A DNA stretch of 52,854 nucleotides from Desulfobacteraceae bacterium (GCA_007127235.1 SKZT01000192.1:1-52854); one strand, 5' to 3'; counted from the stretch's first letter, positions 33,676 to 43,108 are shown. A program made the numbers and translations. Notes: a model not told the origin generated them from the sequence alone.

Positions 33676-33743
33676 TTTTTCCATTGCGCACCTTTTATCC
33701 ACAATATTGGAACGGTAATTATCAATAGCTATTAATCCCATCC

Positions 33744-34211
33744 CTATTCCATTAACACAATACACATCGCCCCAATCCCCTCCCCTTTTCCGATCATTCC
33801 CAATCCTTCGGTGGTGGTTGCTTTGATATTTATTCTTTCCGGTTCAATGTCAAGGGATTCGGCGATTTTTTCGACCATGGCTTTTCGGTATGGAGAAATT
33901 TTCGGCTGCTCGGCAAACAGGGTCATATCTGTATTGATGATGGAAAATCCCTTATCTCTGATCATCTTGTTGCATTTTTTCAACAGTTTGATGCTGTATA
34001 TGTCTTTGTAGGCCGGATCGGTGTCAGGAAACCAGAAACCGATATCTTTCAGGCCGGCGGCACCCAGGAGTGCATCACATACCGCATGCACCAAAACATC
34101 GGCGTCCGAATGTCCCTCGAGGCCTTTTTCAAAATCGATGGTAATGCCGCCCAGCACCAGCTTTTTTCCGGCAACCAAGCGGTGAACATCATAACCCATT
34201 CCGATTCGCAT
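33744..34211 (-). CDS. ispF: 2-C-methyl-D-erythritol 2,4-cyclodiphosphate synthase
   Basis: MRIGMGYDVHRL...GHSDADVLVHA...DIG... is typical of IspF. ATG 34211 lies 1 nt after the upstream Hsp70-like stop. The track start 34376 is inside that gene. Confidence 0.9.
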   Translation of the reverse strand: MRIGMGYDVHRLVAGKKLVLGGITIDFEKGLEGHSDADVLVHAVCDALLGAAGLKDIGFWFPDTDPAYKDIYSIKLLKKCNKMIRDKGFSIINTDMTLFAEQPKISPYRKAMVEKIAESLDIEPERINIKATTTEGLGMIGKGEGIGAMCIVLME

Positions 34212-34212
34212 T

Positions 34213-37026
34213 TCAGTTACCAATTTCCATAATAAGACCTGCAGGAAGAGATTCTCCGAAAATAGTGTTCTGTTCTTGTCTTTCCATGGAAACAATTTCT
34301 TTAAGATAGCGCTGATAAGGTTTAAAGAATTTATCCTGATCCATCCAATCAAGAATTCTTTGCACCAAAAGCTCATCTATATCCCGGATTCGATCTCCTG
34401 TTTTGCGGGCCATCTGGGCCAGGGCAATACCGACGGGTTTCGGGTTTTTCCATCTGATGGTTAAAAGCGTATCGATCCATCGGGAGACTTCTGCAGCGGG
34501 AATCACCCGGTCGGCGGGCCCATAGAGAAGGGATCTGGCGCCGAGTCTTGAAATGGACCAGAAATGAGGGCTTTTGGCGTTTTGAACAGAAATTTCCGAT
34601 AACAAGTGTTGCCCCCACCTGATTTTATCCTTCACATGAAGCATTTCCATATTGGCTATAGCCATCCAGATTTCTAAACGTTCCTGGGGACTTGTTTTGA
34701 TTCTGGGGCCTTTTCCGGGCATCATCACAGGAGTCAAATCCTGGCTGAATTGCCGCTGCTGTCCCGGCTTGAGTCCGCCGGCTGTTCTTCGCCAAAGAAT
34801 CCACCATTCACTGCGAACCTGAGCGTTCTTGGGAAATCGCATTCCTTCCTGATAGATTTTCCATAATTTGGCCATGCGCTGGGGATCAAAGCCCTCGGCA
34901 AACCCCGGACGCATGCAAAATCCCGTAAGATTCAGCCACCGGCTTTCATGAACCGTTGAAGTATTTTTCAACTTTCTGTGTTCCAAAAGGCAATCGGCAA
35001 GCTTTCGAATCAATCCCAGCGGCCATTTTTCTCTGGGCATTTCCACGACATCGGCAACTTCCTTTGTCAGTGAATTTAAAGCAGTGGTATCGGTCTTGTT
35101 GGAAAATGCGTGTTGGATTTTTTTAAGGGCCTCGTTAACGACGGATTCATCAAAAATCTCGGAATCTGAAACTTCTGCAGGGGCTGCTTCATCCCGAAGC
35201 CGAAACTGCAGTTGCCATCGATGATTGCTGATCAGTGACCGGCACCAGACCGCAAGGGTTCCGATCTCCGTAAAATCGGCTTCGATTTGAACCGGTACCT
35301 TTTTTTGCATCCCTTTTTTACCGAACTTTATCACGGTTTGGAGGGGTGGAAGAGCAACCATGGTGTCGTCGATGGTCACAAGGTCTCCGCATCGATCTCC
35401 GGAACGATAACTGGAGCTGTAAACATTAAAAGTCACCGGCTGATTGGCCAAAACTTCAAATTGATATTCTCCCAGTTCAATATGGGTACCTTCATCCAAA
35501 CCTCTTTCCACAAGGCAAATGGCTTTACCGGTGTCAAAGGTTCCGGTATGCTCATCACGGGTGGATATGCCCAAGAAATATGCGCGGGCGCTTCCACAAC
35601 CTACACGAACACCTTTTCCGATTTTTACCAGGCCATAATAGGATGCCCCCAGTGCTACGGCAAGGTCAGGATTGGGATTTTCAAGAATTCTGGGTACTTC
35701 GGCATTGGTAATGCCAAACCAGTGACGGATAGCAGTCCTGATTCGCTCCTGGATAATTACCGGTTTCAGAGCACCCCCATTGAAAAGAATGAGATCCGGA
35801 GCCGGATTGTCCCGGTTTAGAAATTTTTGAACATCTTCCTTGTGCTGTTCCAGAAACCTTCCCAAATGGCGGGTAATGGCCGGTTCCGGTTCGTAGGGCA
35901 GCCCAAACTCGGTAATACCTGAGCGGGGCACCTTTTTTTGAACCTCCTCAGGAGCAGCCACAGGGAAAAAACCCTCCACAATGGTTTCCTCCACCTCTTT
36001 TTTGTTAATCTCCGCTGCAATGGTACCTGCGATCAGCTGACTGCCTTCACCCATAAGGGTAATTTTGTGTGACTTTTCATGTCCGCTCAGAATGGATTCT
36101 TTGGCTTGCCGGCATTGGTGACAAAGGGCTTTCCACCTATCGGTATGAAGCGACATTTTGCGATGGCTGAATTGCCCTTCTATTCGCCGGGCAAGGGCCA
36201 AATCCATATTGTCACCACCGAGAATAAGATGATCACCCACCGCGATACGTTCGAAACGGGGACTTCCTTCATGCTTCTGAAGGGTGATAAGGGTAAAATC
36301 GGAGGTGCCTCCGCCCACATCGCAAACCAGGATAAGTTCATTTGGACGAACGTAACGCCCCCATTGATCGCCGTGACCAATCAGCCAGCTATAAAAAGCT
36401 GCAAGAGGTTCCTCAAGCAGGGTTACATCACGCAACCCTGCCATACTGGCGGCTTCCACGGTAAGATCCCTGGCAACCTCATCAAAAGAGGCCGGTACGG
36501 TTACAGTCAACAACTGGTTTTCCAGAAAATCTTCATCTTCTTTGGCCATCTCGGCATTCCAGGTGTCCTTGATGTGTTCCAGGTAAGCTGCCGTGGCCTG
36601 TACGGGTGAAACCTTGTAAACCTCATCGCCTGATCCCCAAGGGAGAATCCTTGCTTTTCTGTCCACCTTTGAATGACACAGCCAGCTTTTGGCTGAAGAA
36701 ACCAGGCGTGCGGAAACTTTTGCGCCGTGATCCCTGGCAAAAGCACCCACAAAGTTTTGTTTGGCGCTTTTTTCGCTGTTCCAGGGAATTTTGACAGCTT
36801 CCGGGGAAATATCATACGTGCCGGGGATGTACAAAAATGACGGAAGTACATGGGATCGGGTGATTTCCCCCGGGCCGGTCAGTTGAGGGACCTTGAAAAT
36901 TCTGATTCGTTGTTTCCGGAAATCCTGGGTTAAATCCACATAAGAAACAGCAGAGTTCGTGGTCCCCAGGTCAATTCCGATAATGTATCGTTTATCCGGT
37001 TCCAATAGTGTCTCTCTCTCTGACAT
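34213..37026 (-). CDS. Non-canonical Hsp70-family ATPase with a long (~450 aa) helical C-terminal extension
   Basis: The actin/Hsp70 NBD motifs are present (IIGIDLGTTNSAVSYV, VCDVGGGTSDFTLI, GGDNMDLAL). The C-terminal half has no recognisable DnaK substrate-binding domain. The start is uncertain: ATG 37026 (35-nt overlap with the upstream gene), TTG 37008, or the track start 37080. Confidence 0.8.
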   Translation of the reverse strand: MSERETLLEPDKRYIIGIDLGTTNSAVSYVDLTQDFRKQRIRIFKVPQLTGPGEITRSHVLPSFLYIPGTYDISPEAVKIPWNSEKSAKQNFVGAFARDHGAKVSARLVSSAKSWLCHSKVDRKARILPWGSGDEVYKVSPVQATAAYLEHIKDTWNAEMAKEDEDFLENQLLTVTVPASFDEVARDLTVEAASMAGLRDVTLLEEPLAAFYSWLIGHGDQWGRYVRPNELILVCDVGGGTSDFTLITLQKHEGSPRFERIAVGDHLILGGDNMDLALARRIEGQFSHRKMSLHTDRWKALCHQCRQAKESILSGHEKSHKITLMGEGSQLIAGTIAAEINKKEVEETIVEGFFPVAAPEEVQKKVPRSGITEFGLPYEPEPAITRHLGRFLEQHKEDVQKFLNRDNPAPDLILFNGGALKPVIIQERIRTAIRHWFGITNAEVPRILENPNPDLAVALGASYYGLVKIGKGVRVGCGSARAYFLGISTRDEHTGTFDTGKAICLVERGLDEGTHIELGEYQFEVLANQPVTFNVYSSSYRSGDRCGDLVTIDDTMVALPPLQTVIKFGKKGMQKKVPVQIEADFTEIGTLAVWCRSLISNHRWQLQFRLRDEAAPAEVSDSEIFDESVVNEALKKIQHAFSNKTDTTALNSLTKEVADVVEMPREKWPLGLIRKLADCLLEHRKLKNTSTVHESRWLNLTGFCMRPGFAEGFDPQRMAKLWKIYQEGMRFPKNAQVRSEWWILWRRTAGGLKPGQQRQFSQDLTPVMMPGKGPRIKTSPQERLEIWMAIANMEMLHVKDKIRWGQHLLSEISVQNAKSPHFWSISRLGARSLLYGPADRVIPAAEVSRWIDTLLTIRWKNPKPVGIALAQMARKTGDRIRDIDELLVQRILDWMDQDKFFKPYQRYLKEIVSMERQEQNTIFGESLPAGLIMEIGN

Positions 37027-38821
37027 TGAATTCCAGTTTCCATCGGCGGCCGGTATCTTCAGAGACGCACCAGAGTTCAAGAGTGCCGATTTCAGTTACC
37101 TTGACTTCCAGATTAACAGGCACTACGGTTCCGTATTCGCCGTCCAGAGTGGTTTCCATAGTGGTGATTTTATCAATTTCACCCTCCCAGTCTTCCACCA
37201 CTGCGCCTACCGTGTCATGATGGCGTTTTGAAGAGCCCAGAAAATCAAAAGCTACCGGTTCTCCCACAACCAGTGCAAAATCCTGGCCGGTAAGGGTCTC
37301 ACCGGTACCTTCTTCCATTCCAAAAGATCCCACGCAGATGGCTTTCATGGGAGCGGGCATGCCCGGTACTGAGGGCATAGCTGCAGCAATACCAATATAG
37401 TAGGATTTATTGAGACCTCCCCGAATTCGTACTCCTTTTCCTTTACGTGCCAGTCCGAAATATGCGGCACCTTTGGCCACTGCGAGGTCGAAATCGAAAG
37501 TCTCGATCTCCCTTGGGCTTTCAAGACCATCGGGCGCAATCCAGGAATTTATAACTTCCATTATCCGTTTACGAACCAGGCCTGCTTTCATGATGCCGCC
37601 ATTATACAAAATAGCAGTGGGGGCAAAAGCTGTCTGTTCTGCTTCGGATGCCTCGCTTAAAAATTTGGCCAGATGATGGGTTACCGCCGGGTCAGACTCG
37701 TAAACAAGGCCCATTTCCCGGATTCCGGCTTTCTGGGGAGCCACGGGTCTATGACTTTTTTCACAGGGGGGGAAAAAACCTTCCAAAATCACCTGCTCGA
37801 CTGTTTGTCGAGGAAGTTCAGTTTTTATGGTTCCCCCGATAAGGCTGGTTCCGCGGCCGAGAATGGTCACCGGATAATTCTGACGGTCTTCCTGGGATAA
37901 GAGCTGCTCCTTGGCTGTACGGCAACTGTGCCAGAGTCCCCGCACCTGCCAGGAATCAAGCCGTGTTCCTTTTTCGGACATTTCACGGGCCACTGAATAA
38001 GCCAGGGCCAGATCCATGTTATCACCACCCACCAGGAGATGATCTCCAACCGCAATACGTTCCAAAGACAGCTCACCGTTGTTTTCTGTAACACTGATAA
38101 GGCTGAAATCCGTAGTGCCGCCCCCGATATCGCATACCAGGATTAGATCGCCTTTTTGAATCTGTTTTCGCCACTGGTCACCCCTGTGCTCAATCCAGGC
38201 ATAAAATGCCGCCTGGGGCTCTTCCAGCAAGGTAATATTTCTCAAGCCAGCCATTTCAGCCGCCTTGACCGTAAGATCTCTGGCCACAGCATCAAAGGAG
38301 GCCGGTACAGTAAGAAGAATCTCCTGGTTTTCCATCCGGAGGCTGTCGTCAATACCTTCCTCCCCCATGGCCATTTCATGGTTCCAGGCGTCCCGGATAT
38401 GGGCGATAATTGCCGAAGAAGCCTCTACCGGGGATTTTTTTTTCTCTTTGTCGGGGCATTCCCAGGGCAACACCGGCTTGTTTCTGTCTACCATGGTGTT
38501 GCATAGCCAGGATTTGGACGATGAAATTAGCCGTTGCGGAAGTTCTGCACCTCTATTACGGGCAAATTCACCCACCGCAAATTCCTGATCATCGTTCCAG
38601 GGCAAATCAAGCCCCTCCGAGGCAACATCATGTTTGCCGGGAATAAAAACAAATGAAGGCAAAACATCCCGTTTTTCAACGGTTCCTGATGCTACCAGCT
38701 GGGGTATTTCAAATACCTTAATTTCCGGCTTTTCACCAACAACCATATCCGCTTTTGTATAAGCCACAACGCTGTTGGTGGTTCCCAAATCAATTCCGAT
38801 AATATATTCTGGTTGATTCAT
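36992..38821 (-). CDS. Non-canonical Hsp70-family ATPase (609 aa)
   Basis: NBD motifs IIGIDLGTTNSVVAYT, VCDIGGGTTDFSLI, GGDNMDLAL, with a beta-rich C-terminal domain. It lacks the DnaK EEVD-type tail and the lid. Confidence 0.8.
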   Translation of the reverse strand: MNQPEYIIGIDLGTTNSVVAYTKADMVVGEKPEIKVFEIPQLVASGTVEKRDVLPSFVFIPGKHDVASEGLDLPWNDDQEFAVGEFARNRGAELPQRLISSSKSWLCNTMVDRNKPVLPWECPDKEKKKSPVEASSAIIAHIRDAWNHEMAMGEEGIDDSLRMENQEILLTVPASFDAVARDLTVKAAEMAGLRNITLLEEPQAAFYAWIEHRGDQWRKQIQKGDLILVCDIGGGTTDFSLISVTENNGELSLERIAVGDHLLVGGDNMDLALAYSVAREMSEKGTRLDSWQVRGLWHSCRTAKEQLLSQEDRQNYPVTILGRGTSLIGGTIKTELPRQTVEQVILEGFFPPCEKSHRPVAPQKAGIREMGLVYESDPAVTHHLAKFLSEASEAEQTAFAPTAILYNGGIMKAGLVRKRIMEVINSWIAPDGLESPREIETFDFDLAVAKGAAYFGLARKGKGVRIRGGLNKSYYIGIAAAMPSVPGMPAPMKAICVGSFGMEEGTGETLTGQDFALVVGEPVAFDFLGSSKRHHDTVGAVVEDWEGEIDKITTMETTLDGEYGTVVPVNLEVKVTEIGTLELWCVSEDTGRRWKLEFNVRERDTIGTG

Positions 38822-38864
38822 ATTAACAAATAATGGTTCTGAAATTTAAGTTATAAATTTTTAA

Positions 38865-38888
38865 GGAGTGCAAAAGCTGTGCTTTTGC
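38865..38888 (+). repeat. Hairpin repeat family copy GGAGTGCAAAAGCTGTGCTTTTGC followed by ATTTTTT
   Basis: Identical to the units at 22503-22526 and to the reverse complement of 22590-22613. It lies between two minus-strand genes. Confidence 0.8.
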
Positions 38889-38918
38889 ATTTTTTCACAA
38901 GATTACACCTAGTATTCT

Positions 38919-39683
38919 CTATACAACCTCCACCTCCGCCGGTGCAATAATTCTTGAATCCTGCCCCGATGAAAGCGTTGGAAGCTCCGGTTTTTCAGTC
39001 TGCCATCCTTTATGCCTTAAAATGCCTTTAAAAGGAGGATCCCCGGTGACATTTCCGGTCAACTTGATGGCATTGGGGTCAAAATCAGGTTCCACCACTA
39101 TTTCTTCACCTTCATTTTTGTCCACAACCGGTCGCAGACTCAGGTTTTTATCAACAACCTTTTTACAATTTTGATGAATATTTCTAACGGCTGCACCTAT
39201 TTGAGAATCTTCATACAAGTCGAGATTTTCGGAAAAAAAATCAAGCAGTCTTCCTTCCCGCTGCAAAAGTGAAATCAAATACAAATATATCCGCCGGTCC
39301 TGTTCCCTCTTTTCCTCTTTAATTTTTCGGGACTCTTCTGCGGGTCCTTTTTTCGTTTTAGGTGAAACAGTTTTTTGCTCTTTTTTAAAGAGCCCGCCAT
39401 TTATAATTCTAAGGAAAAACCACAAAACAATGGCAAAAACAAAGAAAAAAGCCCCTGATATCGGCAGAAAATAAGTTTCTGCCAGTTGCTTATACACGAC
39501 AATTTCGTTCACAAACTCCACCAGCTGAGATGGCGGGTCCGGTATTCGCTCAAGAGCCAAAATCATTTCTGATATCGCCTGATAGCCAACCGATAACAGT
39601 CCGTTAATTATACCGAACAAAAGCAGCATAAACATCAGTACTACAAAAAGAGTCCGCCGCGAGAATGCTTTTACCGGTTTCAT
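38919..39683 (-). CDS. Membrane protein with a DUF2760-like C-terminal domain (hypothetical)
   Basis: 254 aa with two N-terminal TM helices, a charged coiled linker (KEEKREQDRR), and a conserved-looking C-terminus (...GDPPFKGILRHKGWQ). The DUF2760 assignment is from memory of the family and its Hsp70 neighbourhood, and it needs HMM confirmation. Confidence 0.6.
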   Translation of the reverse strand: MKPVKAFSRRTLFVVLMFMLLLFGIINGLLSVGYQAISEMILALERIPDPPSQLVEFVNEIVVYKQLAETYFLPISGAFFFVFAIVLWFFLRIINGGLFKKEQKTVSPKTKKGPAEESRKIKEEKREQDRRIYLYLISLLQREGRLLDFFSENLDLYEDSQIGAAVRNIHQNCKKVVDKNLSLRPVVDKNEGEEIVVEPDFDPNAIKLTGNVTGDPPFKGILRHKGWQTEKPELPTLSSGQDSRIIAPAEVEVV

Positions 39684-39929
39684 GCATTTTCTCCTGAAAT
39701 TTTATTAGTCTTTAAACTTCTAAAAATAACATGTCAGAAACAAATTTGAAAGATTAAATTTATATCAAAATAATGCAAACGGTTTATCTTGTCGAATGCA
39801 AAATGCTGTGATATTTTCAAAGGAAATGCGGCAGGATTTGATAAACCCAATTTTACTGAGATAGCCGGAAACCTAAAACCGCAGAGGCCCTTTGATAACA
39901 TTGCCAGCCTCTTGGAAGTACAGGATAAA

Positions 39930-40148
39930 ATGACAAATCACAAACACCGTTTTGATTTTGATATCGGATATTTGATAAAAAGCCCCTGTAAAAACTGCGA
40001 AATGCAGCAAAGTTTTCCCAAATGCTCTGAAGATTGCCAAGTTCTTGACAAGATCCAGGAAATGCTTTGTGGAGCCGTTTCCAGCACACGAGGGTATTCG
40101 TCTTTGGAATCTTTTGCCATCTCCATGGAAAGTTGGGGGCGGAAATAA
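39930..40148 (+). CDS. Small Cys-rich hypothetical protein (72 aa from ATG 39930)
   Basis: MTNHKHRFDFDIGYLIKSPCKNCEMQQSFPKCSEDCQVLDKI... has Cys pairs (CxxC...CxxxC). An AGGA lies upstream of ATG 39930. The longer track ORF begins at a TTG at 39789. No family was recognised. Confidence 0.35.
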   Translation: MTNHKHRFDFDIGYLIKSPCKNCEMQQSFPKCSEDCQVLDKIQEMLCGAVSSTRGYSSLESFAISMESWGRK

Positions 40149-40180
40149 ATTCACTAATTTCAAAAACTGAATTAATCGAT

Positions 40181-41773
40181 ATGAATAATATTATTCAAAA
40201 ACTGAAGCAACAGGCAGATTTTATCGATCTGCCTCAAAACCATCTGGCCAATCTTCTTCAGGATCCGGATCGTTTTTCAAAGTACTCTTTGAAAATGCCC
40301 GGCTTTTTTTATGATTTTTCCCGTCAGCGCATTGACGAATCCACTCTTGAGCTTTTATTTCATTTGGCCCGGGATAAAAAAGTGGTGGATTGTTTTAAGG
40401 CCATGGTCGGGGGGGAAAAAATCAACCTGTCTGAAAACCGGGCTGCTCTTCACACTGCCACAAGAGATTTTTCAGGAAAGTCCATCCATGTTGATGGAAA
40501 CGATGTGATGCCGCAAATTCGAAAAGTGCGCGAACACATTAAGTTATTTTCAGAGCGCATGCACGCGCAAAAGCTTGTGGGAACCACAGGAAAAACCCTG
40601 AAGGATGTTGTGGTTGTCGGAATCGGCGGATCTTATCTGGGAACCGAGTGTGTAGCCGATGCGCTTTTGGCAAATACAAAGAGCAATATCAATCTTTATT
40701 TTCTAACAAATGTGGATCCGTCCGATTTTGGACGGGTGATCGGTCATATTGATCCTGAAAAAACATTGTGGATCATTATTTCCAAAAGTTATACCACGCG
40801 GGAAACCCTTGCCAATGAAAACCTGGTTCGCGGGTTTTTGAAGCAAAATGGCATGGACCCTTCCTTGCACCTGGCTACGGTAACCAGCATGGGAAGCCCC
40901 GGTGATAATCCCGACAATCCCGTTTTGGCTTGTTTTCATATGTTTGATTTTGTCGGGGGACGATTCAGCGTCAGCTCTGCCGTGGGGGGAGTTCCACTGA
41001 GCCTTTATCTAGGGTTTGATGTTTTTGAGAGGTTTCTGCAGGGGGCCAATACCATGGACCAGCACGCGGCAAATTCTCCGGTTTCTGAAAACATACCCCT
41101 GATAGCCGCGCTCTCAACATTTTGGAACAAGGACTTTCTGGGATATCCGGCAATGGGTATTATACCGTATGCCACACCTCTCCGGCGTCTTCCTGCACAT
41201 ATCCAGCAGCTTCACATGGAAAGCAACGGCAAAAGCGTCAACATTCATGGTGAACCACTTGATAAACCTGCAGGCACGATCATCATTGGAGAACCGGGCA
41301 CCAATGCTCAGCACTCATTTTTTCAAATGGCCCATCAAGGTCCTGCATTTCCCATTGAATTCATCGGAGTTATCCAAAATCCATATGCCCATCTGGACGC
41401 CTCCTATGAAGGTGTAACAAACCATCAAGAGCTTTGGGCAAATCTTGTCTCGCAATCCAAATCCCTGGCAGAAGGCAAAGCCAATACCGATAAAACCAGA
41501 TTTTTTGAAGGCAACCGCCCGTCATCCACCATTATTCTGAACAATCTGTCACCGGAAAGTGTCGGAATGCTGATTTCATATTATGAAGCAAAAACGGTTT
41601 TTGAAGCATTCCTATGGGATATCAATCCTTTTGATCAGTTTGGTGTTCAGCTAGGAAAAACTATCGCCAAAACGGTGCGGGAAAAGATGCTTGCCAGGAA
41701 TCGTGGCCAGGCCGATATGCCTGACCCCGATCCCATCGTGAAAGCTTATCTTGATATGTTGGGTGAGTTCTAA
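40181..41773 (+). CDS. pgi: Glucose-6-phosphate isomerase
   Basis: ~530 aa from ATG 40181 (MNNIIQKLKQQ...). PGI signatures: VVVGIGGSYLG, ISKSYTTRET, and GEPGTNAQHSFFQMAHQG, which is close to the PGI signature 2 region. The track start 40067 overlaps the preceding small ORF. Confidence 0.9.
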   Translation: MNNIIQKLKQQADFIDLPQNHLANLLQDPDRFSKYSLKMPGFFYDFSRQRIDESTLELLFHLARDKKVVDCFKAMVGGEKINLSENRAALHTATRDFSGKSIHVDGNDVMPQIRKVREHIKLFSERMHAQKLVGTTGKTLKDVVVVGIGGSYLGTECVADALLANTKSNINLYFLTNVDPSDFGRVIGHIDPEKTLWIIISKSYTTRETLANENLVRGFLKQNGMDPSLHLATVTSMGSPGDNPDNPVLACFHMFDFVGGRFSVSSAVGGVPLSLYLGFDVFERFLQGANTMDQHAANSPVSENIPLIAALSTFWNKDFLGYPAMGIIPYATPLRRLPAHIQQLHMESNGKSVNIHGEPLDKPAGTIIIGEPGTNAQHSFFQMAHQGPAFPIEFIGVIQNPYAHLDASYEGVTNHQELWANLVSQSKSLAEGKANTDKTRFFEGNRPSSTIILNNLSPESVGMLISYYEAKTVFEAFLWDINPFDQFGVQLGKTIAKTVREKMLARNRGQADMPDPDPIVKAYLDMLGEF

Positions 41774-41793
41774 ACAAGCCTTTACCCAAAGAG

Positions 41794-42453
41794 CTAATCA
41801 ATCATAACCATGATTTCATTGACCAGTTCTTCAATTCCGACAGCCACGTCTTTTATGCCCGGCCCAAGCATATAGGCGGGTGTGGTTACCAGCCGGTTGT
41901 TTTTATCAATATGAATCCTGTCCACACCGCAGTTGTGATGAACCCCGCCCATTTTTTCAATGGCCTGAGCTGTGCTCAAATCGTTTCCTATGGTCACCTG
42001 AGGTTTTTTATCAGAAATGATTTTGGTCAGCGTGGCCGGAGCAATACAAATGGCACCCACCGGCTTTTTTGCCCCAACCATTTCCTTGATGATCCTTTCG
42101 ACTTCCGGATTAACCTGTGCATCAGGCCCATGAACTGCGAATGTGCTCAAATTTTTTGCTGCCCCAAATCCTCCCGGTAGAATCAAAGCATCTATATCCT
42201 CAGCTTTAACATCTTTAAGATTTTGAATCTCTCCCCTGGCAATGCGTGCAGATTCCACCAGCACATTGCGTTTTTCATCGGTTGTTTCCTGGGACAAATG
42301 ATTGACCACGTGCAGCTGTTCTATATCCGGGGCCATGCAGACCGCTTTAGCACCTGCCTTGTCCAAGGCCAAAAGGGTCAATACGGCCTCATGAATTTCA
42401 GAACCATCGTATACCCCACATCCTGATAACAAAACGCCTACTTTTTTCTCCAT
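41794..42453 (-). CDS. elbB: ElbB-type DJ-1/PfpI family protein (glyoxalase III-like)
   Basis: Near-collinear with E. coli ElbB as I recall it (VGVLLSGCGVYDGSEIHEAVLTLLAL...LILPGGFGAAKNLS...VTTPAYML). ATG 42453 has an AGGAGG Shine-Dalgarno. Confidence 0.85.
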   Translation of the reverse strand: MEKKVGVLLSGCGVYDGSEIHEAVLTLLALDKAGAKAVCMAPDIEQLHVVNHLSQETTDEKRNVLVESARIARGEIQNLKDVKAEDIDALILPGGFGAAKNLSTFAVHGPDAQVNPEVERIIKEMVGAKKPVGAICIAPATLTKIISDKKPQVTIGNDLSTAQAIEKMGGVHHNCGVDRIHIDKNNRLVTTPAYMLGPGIKDVAVGIEELVNEIMVMID

Positions 42454-42476
42454 GCCTCGCACCTCCTCCCAAAAAA

Positions 42477-42860
42477 TTAACTCAATACATGTTTTTCAAG
42501 CACAAAACAAATAAATGTGCCTTCGAAAACCTTTTCATTATCCCGCGTCACGGCCACTTCTACCGTATGTTTTTTCTTTTCGACAGCAGTCACCTGGGCT
42601 TCGGCAATCACAGTGTCACCGGCTTTTACGGGCTTTAAAAATTTGACATTGGCCCCTGCCAGCACAACGTTGGGATGGTTAACGGCAATCATGGCTGCAT
42701 AATCCGCCTGTCCGAATATAAAGCCCCCATGCACAAGGCCCGTTTCATCCACAGCCATGCCTGCATCAGCAGCAAGTTCAACACGGCTGTAACCTTCTTT
42801 GACCTCAAGAGGTTTTCCGCAAAGTTGCTGGTTTATTTTTTGATGTGTGCTGATTTGCAT
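42477..42860 (-). CDS. Hotdog-fold (PaaI/4HBT-like) thioesterase
   Basis: 127 aa. The segment VHGGFIFGQADYAAMIAV...GDTVIAEAQV is typical of PaaI-type hotdog proteins. Confidence 0.7.
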   Translation of the reverse strand: MQISTHQKINQQLCGKPLEVKEGYSRVELAADAGMAVDETGLVHGGFIFGQADYAAMIAVNHPNVVLAGANVKFLKPVKAGDTVIAEAQVTAVEKKKHTVEVAVTRDNEKVFEGTFICFVLEKHVLS

Positions 42861-43108
42861 ACCCCCTCCCTTTCTGTTTTTTTTTTTGGTAGGCAGATTA
42901 ATATTTGATCTTTCCTGGCTTGATTAAATCATTTTTAATACACAAATACCAACTTATCAAGGATTATAGATTTTCTGACTATAATAAAAAAAAGTTGAAT
43001 CTTTGGATTAAGACAGCTAAATTAAAAAATTGAAAAAAAATAGCCATAAACCTGAAATCAGAAACAGACAGGGGGACCAGAGTGTGAAACCTCCTTAAGG
43101 ATAAAAAT

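Noticed and set aside
33268-33743. T-box riboswitch upstream of cysS.
   Set aside because: I found no T-box consensus (AANNNGGGTGGNACCGCG) or specifier-loop architecture on the cysS-sense strand. The structure is made of hexamer repeats instead.
33523-33765. 80-aa track ORF in the ispF-cysS spacer as a genuine protein gene.
   Set aside because: It starts inside ispF. Its sequence is dictated by the hexamer repeats, and the paralogous tract is read in another frame. I kept only the shorter 53-codon version (from ATG 33684) as a speculative leader ORF.
42980-42985. TATAAT hexamer in the AT-rich thioesterase/pepP divergent spacer as a pepP promoter.
   Set aside because: There is no acceptable -35 at 16-18 nt, and the spacer is so AT-rich that such hexamers are expected by chance.
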